Below, piece by piece: positions 55,381-64,000 of a stretch of 64,000 nt of DNA. Origin of the DNA: an uncultured bacterium (GTDB lineage Bacteria; Hydrothermota; Tepidihabitantia; SM23-42); assembly GCA_964419565.1 (NCBI GenBank), contig CAYQPW010000007.1, forward strand, positions 31,398 through 95,397. Direction: 5' to 3'. The translations under genes and the position numbers were made by a program. The notes under the pieces were generated by a model, which searched no databases, had not been told where the DNA came from, and was given only the letters and a program-made list of their open reading frames with translations. The number at the start of each line of letters is the position of its first letter. Position 1 is the stretch's first letter.

Positions 55381-56877
55381 TTATGTGATCTCCCGGATAA
55401 ATTCAACGAGCGTTCTTGTGCCGTATCCGGTTCCTCCTTTCGGAGTGAAGAACTTAGCTTTATCGCTCATTTCTTTGCCAGCCATATCGATGTGTATCCA
55501 TCGTGCTTTGCTGACGAATGTTTCCAGGAATAAACCGGCAGTAATAGACGAGGCCTTCCGACCACCCGAGTTCTTTACATCGGCAACATCACTTTTTATC
55601 TGATCACTATATTCACTGAACAGAGGCAATTGCCACATTTTTTCACCGGTTTTTGCAGTAGTACTGAGGAGTAGATCGATGAGACGCTGGTCATTGCCCA
55701 TTACTGCAGCGGCGATATCACCGAGTGCCACTACACATCCCCCAGTAAGAGTTGCAATATCGATTATCGTCTCAGCTCCCTTGCTTTCAGCGTAGCATAA
55801 TGCATCAGCAAGGGTCATCCTGCCTTCTGCATCGGTCGAGATAATTTCGATGCTTTTTCCATTTCTGGCGCGAACAATATCACCCGGTCTCGAGGCCGCA
55901 CCAGACGGCATATTCTCAACGGCAGGGATTATCGCCATGATATTCACCTTTGCTCGGGTTCTAACCAGAGAAAGAAATGCGCCGATAACAGCTGCACCGC
56001 CTGACATATCGCCTTTCATGCGTGACATACCTGATGCTGGTTTCAGCGAGATCCCGCCGGAATCAAAGGTGACGGTCTTGCCGATCAAACATATCAATGG
56101 TCGGTTTGCGTTTTTATATTTTAGAACGATAAACGCCGGTTTATTGTCACTGCCTTTGGCGACTGATAATAGAGCGTTCATTTTTAATTTTTCAAGGTTT
56201 TTTTCTTTTAATATACGTAATTGAACGAGTTTACTTATGCCCAGGTTCTTTACTGTTTTCTTCAACCTGCTTGCAAGCTTCAGGGGAGTTAAGTTATTAG
56301 CCGGTTCGTTTATAAAATCCCGTGCGATATTTTGTCCTTGTGCAAGGATCCGGCCATATGCGATACCTTGTTTAAGACGGGCGATTTTGTTACGGTCTAT
56401 TTCTGCAACAGAGAAATGAGTGATGTGTTTCTCGACCGATTCCTTATAATAGCAGAATTCGTATAGAGCGAGCAAAGTGCCTTCTATTAGTGCCTGCGCT
56501 GCTTGTTCTGGTGCAATACCACCGATCCCTGCACCATGAACGATCGTGGCGATCTTTTTTACATGTACCTTGTCAGCACGTTTTATCGCAACTCCAGCGG
56601 CTTTTCTGATTTTTTCAATATCGAAATAATCCTTTTTACCCAACCCCACGATCATTACTCTATCTGCCTTAATTTTGTTGAATGTATGGATTATCAATGT
56701 TTCGCCGAGTTTACCTGAGAATTCGCCTTTTCTTATAAGTTCAGTTATCTTTCCGTTAAGAGCTTTGTCAACAGAGCCAGTGGAACCGCCCGGGCGGCGT
56801 ACTCCTTCAAATAAATTTACAATGATCATATCGCCTTTAAAATGCGTTATTTTTGTGTTTATAATGTCTATTTTCAT
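55381..56877 (-). CDS. pepA: leucyl aminopeptidase (M17)
   Basis: GKTVTFDSGGISLKP and STDAEGRMTLADAL (NTDAEGRL-type) metal-site motifs; 498 aa. Confidence 0.92.
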   Translation of the reverse strand: MKIDIINTKITHFKGDMIIVNLFEGVRRPGGSTGSVDKALNGKITELIRKGEFSGKLGETLIIHTFNKIKADRVMIVGLGKKDYFDIEKIRKAAGVAIKRADKVHVKKIATIVHGAGIGGIAPEQAAQALIEGTLLALYEFCYYKESVEKHITHFSVAEIDRNKIARLKQGIAYGRILAQGQNIARDFINEPANNLTPLKLASRLKKTVKNLGISKLVQLRILKEKNLEKLKMNALLSVAKGSDNKPAFIVLKYKNANRPLICLIGKTVTFDSGGISLKPASGMSRMKGDMSGGAAVIGAFLSLVRTRAKVNIMAIIPAVENMPSGAASRPGDIVRARNGKSIEIISTDAEGRMTLADALCYAESKGAETIIDIATLTGGCVVALGDIAAAVMGNDQRLIDLLLSTTAKTGEKMWQLPLFSEYSDQIKSDVADVKNSGGRKASSITAGLFLETFVSKARWIHIDMAGKEMSDKAKFFTPKGGTGYGTRTLVEFIREIT

Positions 56878-56884
56878 AATCTCA

Positions 56885-56912
56885 AGTATATTCTTGAATC
56901 TTTAAAAGTCAA
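56885..56912 (-). promoter_or_regulatory. sigma-70-type promoter placed for a leaderless pepA mRNA
   Basis: Minus strand: TTGACT (56912-56907), 16 nt, TATACT (56890-56885), then 7 nt to the ATG at 56877. No Shine-Dalgarno sequence. Confidence 0.5.
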
Positions 56913-56947
56913 GCATACATGGTATGCTTCGATGAATTTTCCTTATA

Positions 56948-56975
56948 TTGACTTTTAAAATGCTATATATATAAT
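56948..56975 (+). promoter_or_regulatory. sigma-70-type promoter placed for a leaderless aminotransferase mRNA
   Basis: TTGACT (56948-56953), 16 nt, TATAAT (56970-56975), then 5 nt (TTCAC) to ATG 56981. No Shine-Dalgarno sequence. Confidence 0.55.
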
Positions 56976-56980
56976 TTCAC

Positions 56981-58177
56981 ATGACAGTAATTAAACTATC
57001 GAACAGGGCAGAGCAAATGCCATACTCGGCAATTCGTAAGCTGGTGCCATTTGCAGATGAAGCCAAGAAAAAAGGTAAACATGTATTCCATTTGAATATT
57101 GGACAACCTGATATCAAAACACCATCTGAGATATTTGAATCAATCGCTGGTTACCGTGAAGAAGTCCTCAGTTACGGCCCGTCGGGCGGTCTGCTTGATC
57201 TTAGAGTAGCGGTTGTTGATTACCACCGCAGTCTTGGGTTTGATATTGATATCGATAATGTCTGGATCACTACTGGCGGTAGCGAGGCGATCATCTTTGC
57301 GATGATGACGGTGGCTGATCCAGGTGATGAGATAATTGTATTTGAACCTTTCTATACTAATTATAACGGTTTTGCAGTGATGTCGCAGTTGAAGCTTGTT
57401 CCTATTACGACGAAAGTTGAGGACGGTTTTCATTTACCTGATAAACAGACCATCGAGTCGAAGATTACCAGTAAGACAAAGGCAATACTTATTAACACAC
57501 CTAATAATCCAACCGGAACAGTCCTGAATGAAGAAGAGATGTTCCTTATTAACAGTCTATGCAAGAAATACAACCTCTATCTTCTTTCAGACGAGGTATA
57601 CCGGGAGTTCGTGTACGACGGCAAAGTACAGATAAGTGCGCTTTCTTTGCCCGAAATTAAAGACCGGGTCATTGTTATGGATTCAATATCCAAGCGTTTC
57701 TCGGCGTGCGGGGCCCGGGTAGGCTCGATCATAAGCCATAACAAACTGATCATGGATCGGTTACTTAAATTCGGCCAGGCACGATTGTGTCCGCCGACTC
57801 TGGAACAGGTTGGCGCGATCGCTGCCTATAAGAATATTAATAAGTATATTCGACCGATGATCGAAGAATATGAAATGCGGAGGAATAGACTGTTCGAACG
57901 ATTGGGCAAGATACCCGGGGTTTTAGCTCATAAACCTGAAGGTGCTTTTTATAGTGTTTTGAAATTGCCGGTAAAAAATACTGATACGTTTTGCAAGTGG
58001 CTTCTAACCGATTTTGTATATCAGAACAATACCGTAATGCTTGCTCCAGCTAATGGTTTTTATTCTTCGCCAGATAAGGGCCTCAGTGAAGTTCGTGTTG
58101 CTTATGTCCTAAAGATCGAAGATCTGAACAAAGCCGTGGATGTCCTGAATGCTGCTCTTCAGTCATACAAGGATTAG
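56981..58177 (+). CDS. class I/II PLP aminotransferase (aspartate/aromatic type)
   Basis: NIGQPD, NTPNNPTG and SISKRFSACGARVG (PLP Lys) motifs; 398 aa. Confidence 0.85.
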   Translation: MTVIKLSNRAEQMPYSAIRKLVPFADEAKKKGKHVFHLNIGQPDIKTPSEIFESIAGYREEVLSYGPSGGLLDLRVAVVDYHRSLGFDIDIDNVWITTGGSEAIIFAMMTVADPGDEIIVFEPFYTNYNGFAVMSQLKLVPITTKVEDGFHLPDKQTIESKITSKTKAILINTPNNPTGTVLNEEEMFLINSLCKKYNLYLLSDEVYREFVYDGKVQISALSLPEIKDRVIVMDSISKRFSACGARVGSIISHNKLIMDRLLKFGQARLCPPTLEQVGAIAAYKNINKYIRPMIEEYEMRRNRLFERLGKIPGVLAHKPEGAFYSVLKLPVKNTDTFCKWLLTDFVYQNNTVMLAPANGFYSSPDKGLSEVRVAYVLKIEDLNKAVDVLNAALQSYKD

Positions 58178-58187
58178 AACCTGGTAA

Positions 58188-59057
58188 ATGAACCCAGTTG
58201 TTCAACTTCAGAAAAGCGGTGTTGGGCTTACCCGTTTGATCCCTCCCAAATTGGCCGACAAGATAGCGATCTTGGCAGGATTTCTATACTGCTATTTTTC
58301 AAAAAAGAAAAGAGACTATATCACAAGCAATTTAAAACATATCTTCGCTAATGATAACATCAGTCAGGAGCAAATGAATTGTCTTATGAAAAGAACATTT
58401 GCGAATTTTGCCCTTACCATGACAGATTTTTTTAGATTATCTTTTATGTCAAAACAGCGTATTATCGACAGCACTGAATGCATCGGTTATGGACATGTCA
58501 AAAAAGCTCTCGCTTTAGGAAGCGGCTGTATATTGATTACTCTGCATTTGGGGAATTGGGATTATGCCGGAGCCTATCTTGCTGCCCGGGGTGTGCCTAT
58601 GACCGCGTTGGTCGAGGAAACTAATTCTGAAATGCTCGCGCTATACACCAGACACCGCGAGAGTACGGGTATGAGGACTTACTCGGTTAATCGAGCAGGA
58701 TATGCATTCCTCGATATAATTAAGAATAATCGGGTTCTGGCGGTGCTTGCTGACCGCGATGTAGCGAAGAATGGCATACCGGTAAATTTCTTTTCCGGAA
58801 AAAGGATGATCCCGAAAGGTTTGGCCGAGATCATAATTAAGAAAAAAATACCGGTTGTTTTTGCCTATATGGTTCTAGATACTTCAATCAGACGCGCTCG
58901 TTATCTGGGTGTTATTGAGGAACCTTTTGTTTATGAAGGTGAAGCTGATTCGTTCAACCGGCTTATGGTCGAGAAATTTGAGGGTTTCATCAAAAAATAT
59001 CCAGAGCAGTGGTTTGTGTTTCATCACGAGTGGCTTGATGAGGATCGGAAAATTTAA
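58188..59057 (+). CDS. lysophospholipid / lipid A-type acyltransferase (HtrB/LpxL/PatA family)
   Basis: HLGNWD (HX4D/E) catalytic motif and LADRD segment; 289 aa. Confidence 0.75.
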   Translation: MNPVVQLQKSGVGLTRLIPPKLADKIAILAGFLYCYFSKKKRDYITSNLKHIFANDNISQEQMNCLMKRTFANFALTMTDFFRLSFMSKQRIIDSTECIGYGHVKKALALGSGCILITLHLGNWDYAGAYLAARGVPMTALVEETNSEMLALYTRHRESTGMRTYSVNRAGYAFLDIIKNNRVLAVLADRDVAKNGIPVNFFSGKRMIPKGLAEIIIKKKIPVVFAYMVLDTSIRRARYLGVIEEPFVYEGEADSFNRLMVEKFEGFIKKYPEQWFVFHHEWLDEDRKI

Positions 59058-59498
59058 ATGTCAGAGATCACTAAGATACAGATCAAGATTATCGGGAGAT
59101 TTATACCCAAATATCAAAGTGAGCAGGCATCCGGTTGTGATCTGTATGCTGACATTGCAGAGGACATTATTCTGAGGGCTGGAACATACTGTACAGTACC
59201 GACTGGAGTAAGTATTGAAATACCTGATGGTTATGAGGCACAAGTCAGGCCACGCAGTGGGCTGGCTATGAAATATGGCATCGGCGTTTTGAATACGCCA
59301 GGTACGATTGATGCAGATTATCGCGGTGAAATAAAGGTTATTCTTTTTAATCTTGGGTGTGAACCTTTTAATATCAGATCGGGTGACCGGATAGCACAGT
59401 TGGTATTCAGCCGGGTAGTCCAGGGAGAATTCATCCAGGTCGAACGATTGGAAGATACAAAACGCGGCAGCGGTGGCTTTGGGCATACAGGGAAATGA
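59058..59498 (+). CDS. dut: dUTP diphosphatase
   Basis: ASGCDLYA, RPRSGLA, GTIDADYRGE and RGSGGFGHTG motifs. Start abuts the upstream stop. Confidence 0.95.
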   Translation: MSEITKIQIKIIGRFIPKYQSEQASGCDLYADIAEDIILRAGTYCTVPTGVSIEIPDGYEAQVRPRSGLAMKYGIGVLNTPGTIDADYRGEIKVILFNLGCEPFNIRSGDRIAQLVFSRVVQGEFIQVERLEDTKRGSGGFGHTGK

Positions 59499-59532
59499 TC
59501 GTGCCAGAAAATCATTTGATCATGGGGATCTC

Positions 59533-59554
59533 TATCAGGATATCAGAAGATATC
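59533..59554. repeat. TATCAG-type intergenic repeat (copy 3)
   Basis: TATCAGGATATCAGAAGATATC, compared with TATCAGGATACCAGAATATCAG at 13953-13974. Confidence 0.55.
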
Positions 59555-59594
59555 GGGAGGGATTTGTTTTGTCTTTGAAAATGCGAGGGGCTGG

Positions 59595-60716
59595 ATGAAG
59601 ATTTTGATAGTTGCTGATGATTTTTATCCACATACCGGTGGTGTTCCAGAACATATGCTTTATCTTTGGCAGTGTTTGAGGAAGATGGGACATGATGCAA
59701 AGATCCTTGCGCCATCTTTCGGGAATAATCATCCATATGTCGATCAGAGTATAGTACGAATGGGCAGGGGTATGCTCATTCCAAAGAACAAGTCCTTCTC
59801 AGTTTTAAACCTCGGTTTTATTAGCATCCCCTGGAAATTAAGACGTTTTCTAAACAAGGAGAATTTTGACATCATCCATATCCATGGACCTCTGGCACCT
59901 GTTTTGCCATATTATATTTTGAAGTACTCTCACGCAAAGAACTTCGTTACATTTCACGCAGCACACGAAGATAGTCTTGGCTATTTATTATGGGAACCAG
60001 TTTTGGAACAGTATTTCAGAAAGATAAATGGTTTGATCGCCGTGTCAGAAGTATCCCGGGATTCTGTTTCTAAATATTTCCCGGGTAATTATCGTTTGAT
60101 ACCGAATGGTATCGATACTAGTCGATTCAGACCAGATGTTGAGTCGATACCATATTTAGACAAATTTGCACCAAAGATTTTGTTTGTCGGCAGATTTGAA
60201 CCGCGGAAAGGGTTAAAGTATTTACTGCAAGCTTATCCGATGATTCTCAAGGAGTTCCCGGGCGCTAAGCTTGTTGTCGTTGGTTCTGGGGTCCTGGAAC
60301 ATTACTATCGCAGCTATATGGATGGTTATCTGGAGGAACATGTGATTTTTGCGGGTCATGTGAGTCCGGACGAATTGCCCAAGTATTATGCCTCCTGTGA
60401 TATCTTTTGTTCACCGGCTACCGGCGGTGAGAGTTTTGGCATTGTTTTGCTTGAAGCGATGGCTTCGGGAAAACCAATAATCGCAGCTGATATCCCTGGT
60501 TATAGGACTGTCATGCACGATGGCGAAGAGGGTTTGTTTTTTAAAATATGTGATCCATCTTCACTCGCTGAGAAAGCAATAGAGATGTTAAAGAATAAGA
60601 AAAGAATGAAAACGATGGGTATCAAGGGTAGGGACAAAGCGTTGACGTATGACTGGGAGATTGTCACGAGGAAGGTCGTTGATTTTTATTCTGAGATACT
60701 GAAGGCTGGAGACTGA
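59595..60716 (+). CDS. GT4-family glycosyltransferase (PimA-like)
   Basis: MKILIVADDFYPHTGGV N-terminus and GESFGIVLLEAMASGKPII (EX7E) motif. Confidence 0.85.
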   Translation: MKILIVADDFYPHTGGVPEHMLYLWQCLRKMGHDAKILAPSFGNNHPYVDQSIVRMGRGMLIPKNKSFSVLNLGFISIPWKLRRFLNKENFDIIHIHGPLAPVLPYYILKYSHAKNFVTFHAAHEDSLGYLLWEPVLEQYFRKINGLIAVSEVSRDSVSKYFPGNYRLIPNGIDTSRFRPDVESIPYLDKFAPKILFVGRFEPRKGLKYLLQAYPMILKEFPGAKLVVVGSGVLEHYYRSYMDGYLEEHVIFAGHVSPDELPKYYASCDIFCSPATGGESFGIVLLEAMASGKPIIAADIPGYRTVMHDGEEGLFFKICDPSSLAEKAIEMLKNKKRMKTMGIKGRDKALTYDWEIVTRKVVDFYSEILKAGD

Positions 60717-60718
60717 TC

Positions 60719-62002
60719 GTGTGGAGAACACTCAAGAATAGGAATTTTTCGATATTCGTACTGTCACAGACGGTGAGTCAGTTTGGCGACAAACTCGACT
60801 ATATAGCGCTCATCGGCATTATCGGACTCTTCCCAAAAAAGGCTTCCTTTTTGCTTTCCCAGTTGATCATAGCAATTACCTTGCCGGTCATCATTTTCGG
60901 TCCTATCACCGGTGTCCTTATTGATCGCTGGCACAGGAAAAAGGTCATGGTCGTCTGTGATTCCTTGAGGATGCTTTGTGCTTTTCTAATCCCTCTTGTA
61001 TTGATCCTGACGAATAATATATATCCAGTTTTTATAGTTGTTTTTTTCATGTTTTTACTGACTTTATTTTTTAATACTGCAAGAAGTTCGATAATACCGA
61101 ATCTTGTTCCAAAGGGACATATTCTTAAGGCAAATTCACTGGTGAACTTTGTCGGCAGAGCAGCTACTTTTCTCGGTATGCTGATTGGCGGTTTGGTGGT
61201 TGATTGGTATATGTGGCCCAGACTCATAGGCTTAGCTGGTTGGACTGTCGCTTTTATTATTGATGGTATCACTTTCGGCATTTCTGCTTTCATGCTGTAT
61301 ATTATGAAGGTAGAATTAACCGAACCGCCAGAGCGCGAGAAACATCTTGAAGCAAGGGGATTTCTTATCCTGGTGCGAAACGGTTTGTTAAAGGTCTGGC
61401 ACGAATTAAAGCATGCCTTACAGATGATACCGAAAAATAAAGACCTTGGTTTTGCAATGTCTTCTATTGTCCTCATGATCATCGGGACTTGCGTAATCTA
61501 CGTTCTTGTTATACCTACTATCCAGCAGGACTTAGGGTGGGGTACGAGCGGTGTCGGTATCCTTGCTGCTGCCGGTGCGATAGGATTACTTGTCGGTGCT
61601 CTTCTTATTGGGATTATCGGTCATCATTTTGACCTTAAGAACTTAATGCTATTCTGTTTTATCCTGATCGGCGGCGGTTTGATTCTTTTTCCGTTCCTTA
61701 CACACCAGCTTTTATTCGCCGGCGTTATTTTTATCGCTGGTCTGGCAATTTCCCCGATTTTCATCGGTCAGGATACTCTTATCCATCAAAGTGCGGATGA
61801 ACTCGTTCGCGGCAGGATGTTCTCGATACGGGATTGGATCTATCATTGTTTGATCGCGATCGGTTCTTTGTTCATAGGTTTTCTAACTACCTTCGTAAAC
61901 AAGGATGCCATATTTTGGGTGTCCGGGGCAATGCTGGCTTTCCTGGCCGTGCTTGGATGGTTGGTCTTGGCTCGCGGTAAAACCCGTCAGGAATACGAGT
62001 AG
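60719..62002 (+). CDS. MFS transporter
   Basis: About 12 hydrophobic segments. GVLIDRWHRKK loop motif between TM2 and TM3. GTG start. Confidence 0.8.
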   Translation: MWRTLKNRNFSIFVLSQTVSQFGDKLDYIALIGIIGLFPKKASFLLSQLIIAITLPVIIFGPITGVLIDRWHRKKVMVVCDSLRMLCAFLIPLVLILTNNIYPVFIVVFFMFLLTLFFNTARSSIIPNLVPKGHILKANSLVNFVGRAATFLGMLIGGLVVDWYMWPRLIGLAGWTVAFIIDGITFGISAFMLYIMKVELTEPPEREKHLEARGFLILVRNGLLKVWHELKHALQMIPKNKDLGFAMSSIVLMIIGTCVIYVLVIPTIQQDLGWGTSGVGILAAAGAIGLLVGALLIGIIGHHFDLKNLMLFCFILIGGGLILFPFLTHQLLFAGVIFIAGLAISPIFIGQDTLIHQSADELVRGRMFSIRDWIYHCLIAIGSLFIGFLTTFVNKDAIFWVSGAMLAFLAVLGWLVLARGKTRQEYE

Positions 62003-62026
62003 ATTATCAAGACCCACCCTCGACAT

Positions 62027-62800
62027 ATGATGAAGGCGCTGCAATTTCACAGGATCACGCCTAAATTCCAGCTTTGCGGCACATGGAATACACCGGAACA
62101 GTTTAGGCTTTTTTTAGATCAACTCATTGATATGGGCGCCAGGGTAGAGCTTCCAAAAAAGAACGATAAAGGGATTATAATAACTTTTGATGATGGGGAA
62201 GATACGGTATATGAATATGCATTTCCCATTCTTAAAAAATATGGTATTAGGGCACTGGTCTTTCTAGTTGTTGGTTATATCGGTCAGGATAATCTATGGG
62301 ATATATCCATGACCGGTAAGCGAGTTCGTCATCTATCCTGGAACCAGATCCTTGAAATGAAAAAATGGGGTATTGAATTCGGTTCGCATACGATGAGCCA
62401 CCGGAATTTGACGTTGCTTAGCAAACAAGAGGTTGAATATGAAATATTCGAATCTAAAAGGATTCTGGATCGGGAAATAGGTGGCTGCCGAAGCATATCT
62501 TATCCTTTTAACAGAGTGAATCGCGAAATAGTCGAAACAACGAGTAAAGCAGGTTATGAATTTGGTTTTGGAGGTGATGGTCAAGATCTTCTTTTATTAA
62601 AAAAAGAGGGGATATATATTATCGATACAAAAAAGAGTCTAAAAACAAAGGTTCTCGAAAAGCCGGTAATTTTCTATCGCTATGACCGGATCAAACAGAA
62701 AGTCATAAATTACTTCACGATAGCAACTATGCTTAGCCGGCAAAGAAGAAGAGGTAATGATCCAGCTCCTCTCGATGGGAGGTCATACGGTAAAACATGA
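62027..62800 (+). CDS. polysaccharide deacetylase (NodB-fold)
   Basis: IIITFDDGEDT (TFDDG) and GSHTMSH motifs. Confidence 0.8.
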   Translation: MMKALQFHRITPKFQLCGTWNTPEQFRLFLDQLIDMGARVELPKKNDKGIIITFDDGEDTVYEYAFPILKKYGIRALVFLVVGYIGQDNLWDISMTGKRVRHLSWNQILEMKKWGIEFGSHTMSHRNLTLLSKQEVEYEIFESKRILDREIGGCRSISYPFNRVNREIVETTSKAGYEFGFGGDGQDLLLLKKEGIYIIDTKKSLKTKVLEKPVIFYRYDRIKQKVINYFTIATMLSRQRRRGNDPAPLDGRSYGKT

Positions 62801-62888
62801 ATCATGCTGTCAAAGAGAACAGTAAAAGGAGCTAGGTTTGTGTTTGAATCAACGCAAAGCTCGGTTAGTTTTTTAAAAAGGAGGTTTT

Positions 62889-63623
62889 ATGTTTAGAAAT
62901 TCTGCAATCATGTTGGTTCTTGCAGGAGTATTGGTTTTTGCACAGTCAAGTGATTCGCTGGTAGATGTAGCTATAGATCTATATGAGACACGGCACTTAA
63001 ATAGCTCAAACCTGATTGAAAGTGCCGAGATATTAGGAAACCTGGCTGATCAGGAGCCAGATAACGTGAGAGTCCTGTACGAATATGCAAAAGTCCATTA
63101 TCTCTTAGGTGATGAGGCAAAAACCAAGGGTGAGAAGCTCGTACTCTATGAAAAAGGCAAAGATCTGGCAGAGATTGCGATCAAACTCGATGAGCAAGCG
63201 GTATGGGCGCACTTTTGGTATGTCGTTAATCTCGGCAGGATAGGACAGACAAAGGGTGTTCTGAACTCACTGGCGTCAGTACCCGAGATAAAGAAGGAAT
63301 TAGATAAGATATTGAAAATTGACCCGCACCATACCGGAGCTCTCGACGTTAAGGCAATGTTATATTATGAATTGCCGGGATTATTGGGCGGGAATTTAAA
63401 CAAGTCTTTTGAAGCACTCAATCAAGGGATTGCAATTGATTCCAATTATGCTCTGCTTTATGTTGATATGGGGAAAGTGTTGATTAAGAAAAAAGAATAC
63501 GAGCAGGCACGATGGTACTTAAAAAAAACTCTGGAACTACAAAAACCGACCTATGTTGCTGATTATGTATTAGATGACAGGTCAGATGCTCTGAAACTAC
63601 TCGAGGAGATAAAGGACAAGTAG
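62889..63623 (+). CDS. exported all-helical TPR-like protein (possibly TatT-like)
   Basis: Signal peptide MFRNSAIMLVLAGVLVFAQS, then repeated helix-pair pattern (AHFWYVVNLGR, ALLYVDMGKVLIKKKEYEQARWYLKK). Confidence 0.5.
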   Translation: MFRNSAIMLVLAGVLVFAQSSDSLVDVAIDLYETRHLNSSNLIESAEILGNLADQEPDNVRVLYEYAKVHYLLGDEAKTKGEKLVLYEKGKDLAEIAIKLDEQAVWAHFWYVVNLGRIGQTKGVLNSLASVPEIKKELDKILKIDPHHTGALDVKAMLYYELPGLLGGNLNKSFEALNQGIAIDSNYALLYVDMGKVLIKKKEYEQARWYLKKTLELQKPTYVADYVLDDRSDALKLLEEIKDK

Positions 63624-63748
63624 TTCATTCGAGATTTCAAATTGTAGATTTTATCCGGTAATTACTGATTCAAGACGTATACAAGCATTCTGGAGTATTG
63701 TCAGTGGTTGACATTGTATACATTTAGAATATGATATAGAATCAGAAT

Positions 63749-64000
63749 ATGAAAAAGGAAGAACTTAAGAAAAGAACCAAACAATTTGCACTGGATATTA
63801 TAAAATTCGTTGGTACTTTGCCTAATAACCGCATTGTAAGTTTGATTGAACAACAATTAGTAAGATCTGCGACATCGGTTGGTGCTAATTATCGTTCAGC
63901 ATCTGGAGCACAATCCCATGCTCACTTTATCCATAAAATGAATATCGTATTGGAAGAAGCTGATGAATCGCATTACTGGCTTGAGGTTATATTAGCTCTT
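63749..64000 (+). CDS. four-helix-bundle protein (23S rRNA IVS protein / Avd family), 3' end outside window
   Basis: ATG at 63749, open to the window end. FALDIIKF..LP...QLVRSATSVGANYRSA...F..K...EEADESHYWLE is the family hallmark. Confidence 0.8.
   Translation, partial: MKKEELKKRTKQFALDIIKFVGTLPNNRIVSLIEQQLVRSATSVGANYRSASGAQSHAHFIHKMNIVLEEADESHYWLEVILAL

Noticed and set aside
1-64000. Whole region as a horizontally acquired mobile island
   Set aside because: I found no integrase, transposase, tRNA attachment site or flanking direct repeats. Housekeeping genes (glnS, dnaB, radA, rpoZ, coaBC, dut) are interspersed throughout.

Overview
Gene-dense bacterial chromosome segment with about 70 CDS. 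I saw no rRNA, tRNA, CRISPR array, transposase or integrase. All family calls come from reading motifs in the supplied translations; no database search was run and I cannot assign a taxon.

- **Nt 1-33,970 (+ strand):** a large acyl-CoA and amino-acid catabolism island.
  - etfBA plus a soluble HdrD-like Fe-S protein, a tryptophanase-family lyase and glnS.
  - meaB plus a B12 mutase with the isobutyryl-CoA-mutase residue pair (Phe/Gln) and a small B12-binding subunit.
  - A propionyl-CoA carboxylase set (carboxyltransferase, biotin carboxylase, BCCP).
  - A second mutase large subunit with the methylmalonyl-CoA-mutase pair (Tyr/Arg).
  - Alanine dehydrogenase, a CoA-transferase, methylmalonyl-CoA epimerase and a methionine-gamma-lyase-family enzyme.
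  - An archaeal-type HMG-CoA synthase/thiolase/DUF35 trio joined directly to methylcrotonyl-CoA carboxylase and a hydratase.
  - iscU, a GAF protein, crotonase, 3-hydroxyacyl-CoA dehydrogenase, a thiolase, birA and cobO.
- **Nt 34,021-41,997:** housekeeping genes (rpoZ, coaBC, dnaB, mlaEFD, radA, a PIN-TRAM protein, an M42 peptidase).
- **Nt 42,119-44,540:** a two-gene soluble SdhAB/FrdAB-like pair behind a consensus promoter.
- **Nt 44,625-54,342 (- strand):** the most unusual region, a HydABC/Hnd-like NuoE/NuoF operon.
  - It carries a six-gene signalling cassette: two DRTGG proteins, two HATPase proteins, a PHP protein and a hydrogenase-like protein.
  - It has no catalytic HydA. That position holds a 232-aa Fe-S stub, a four-helix-bundle (23S rRNA IVS-type) ORF inside an inverted-repeat cassette, and a GltB-like FMN protein.
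  - The NuoE-like protein ends in a roughly 100-aa lysine-rich tail.
- **Nt 54,422-64,000:** pepA, an aminotransferase, envelope genes, dut, an MFS transporter and a second four-helix-bundle ORF.

Several families of imperfect hairpin repeats fill intercistronic spacers across the window.
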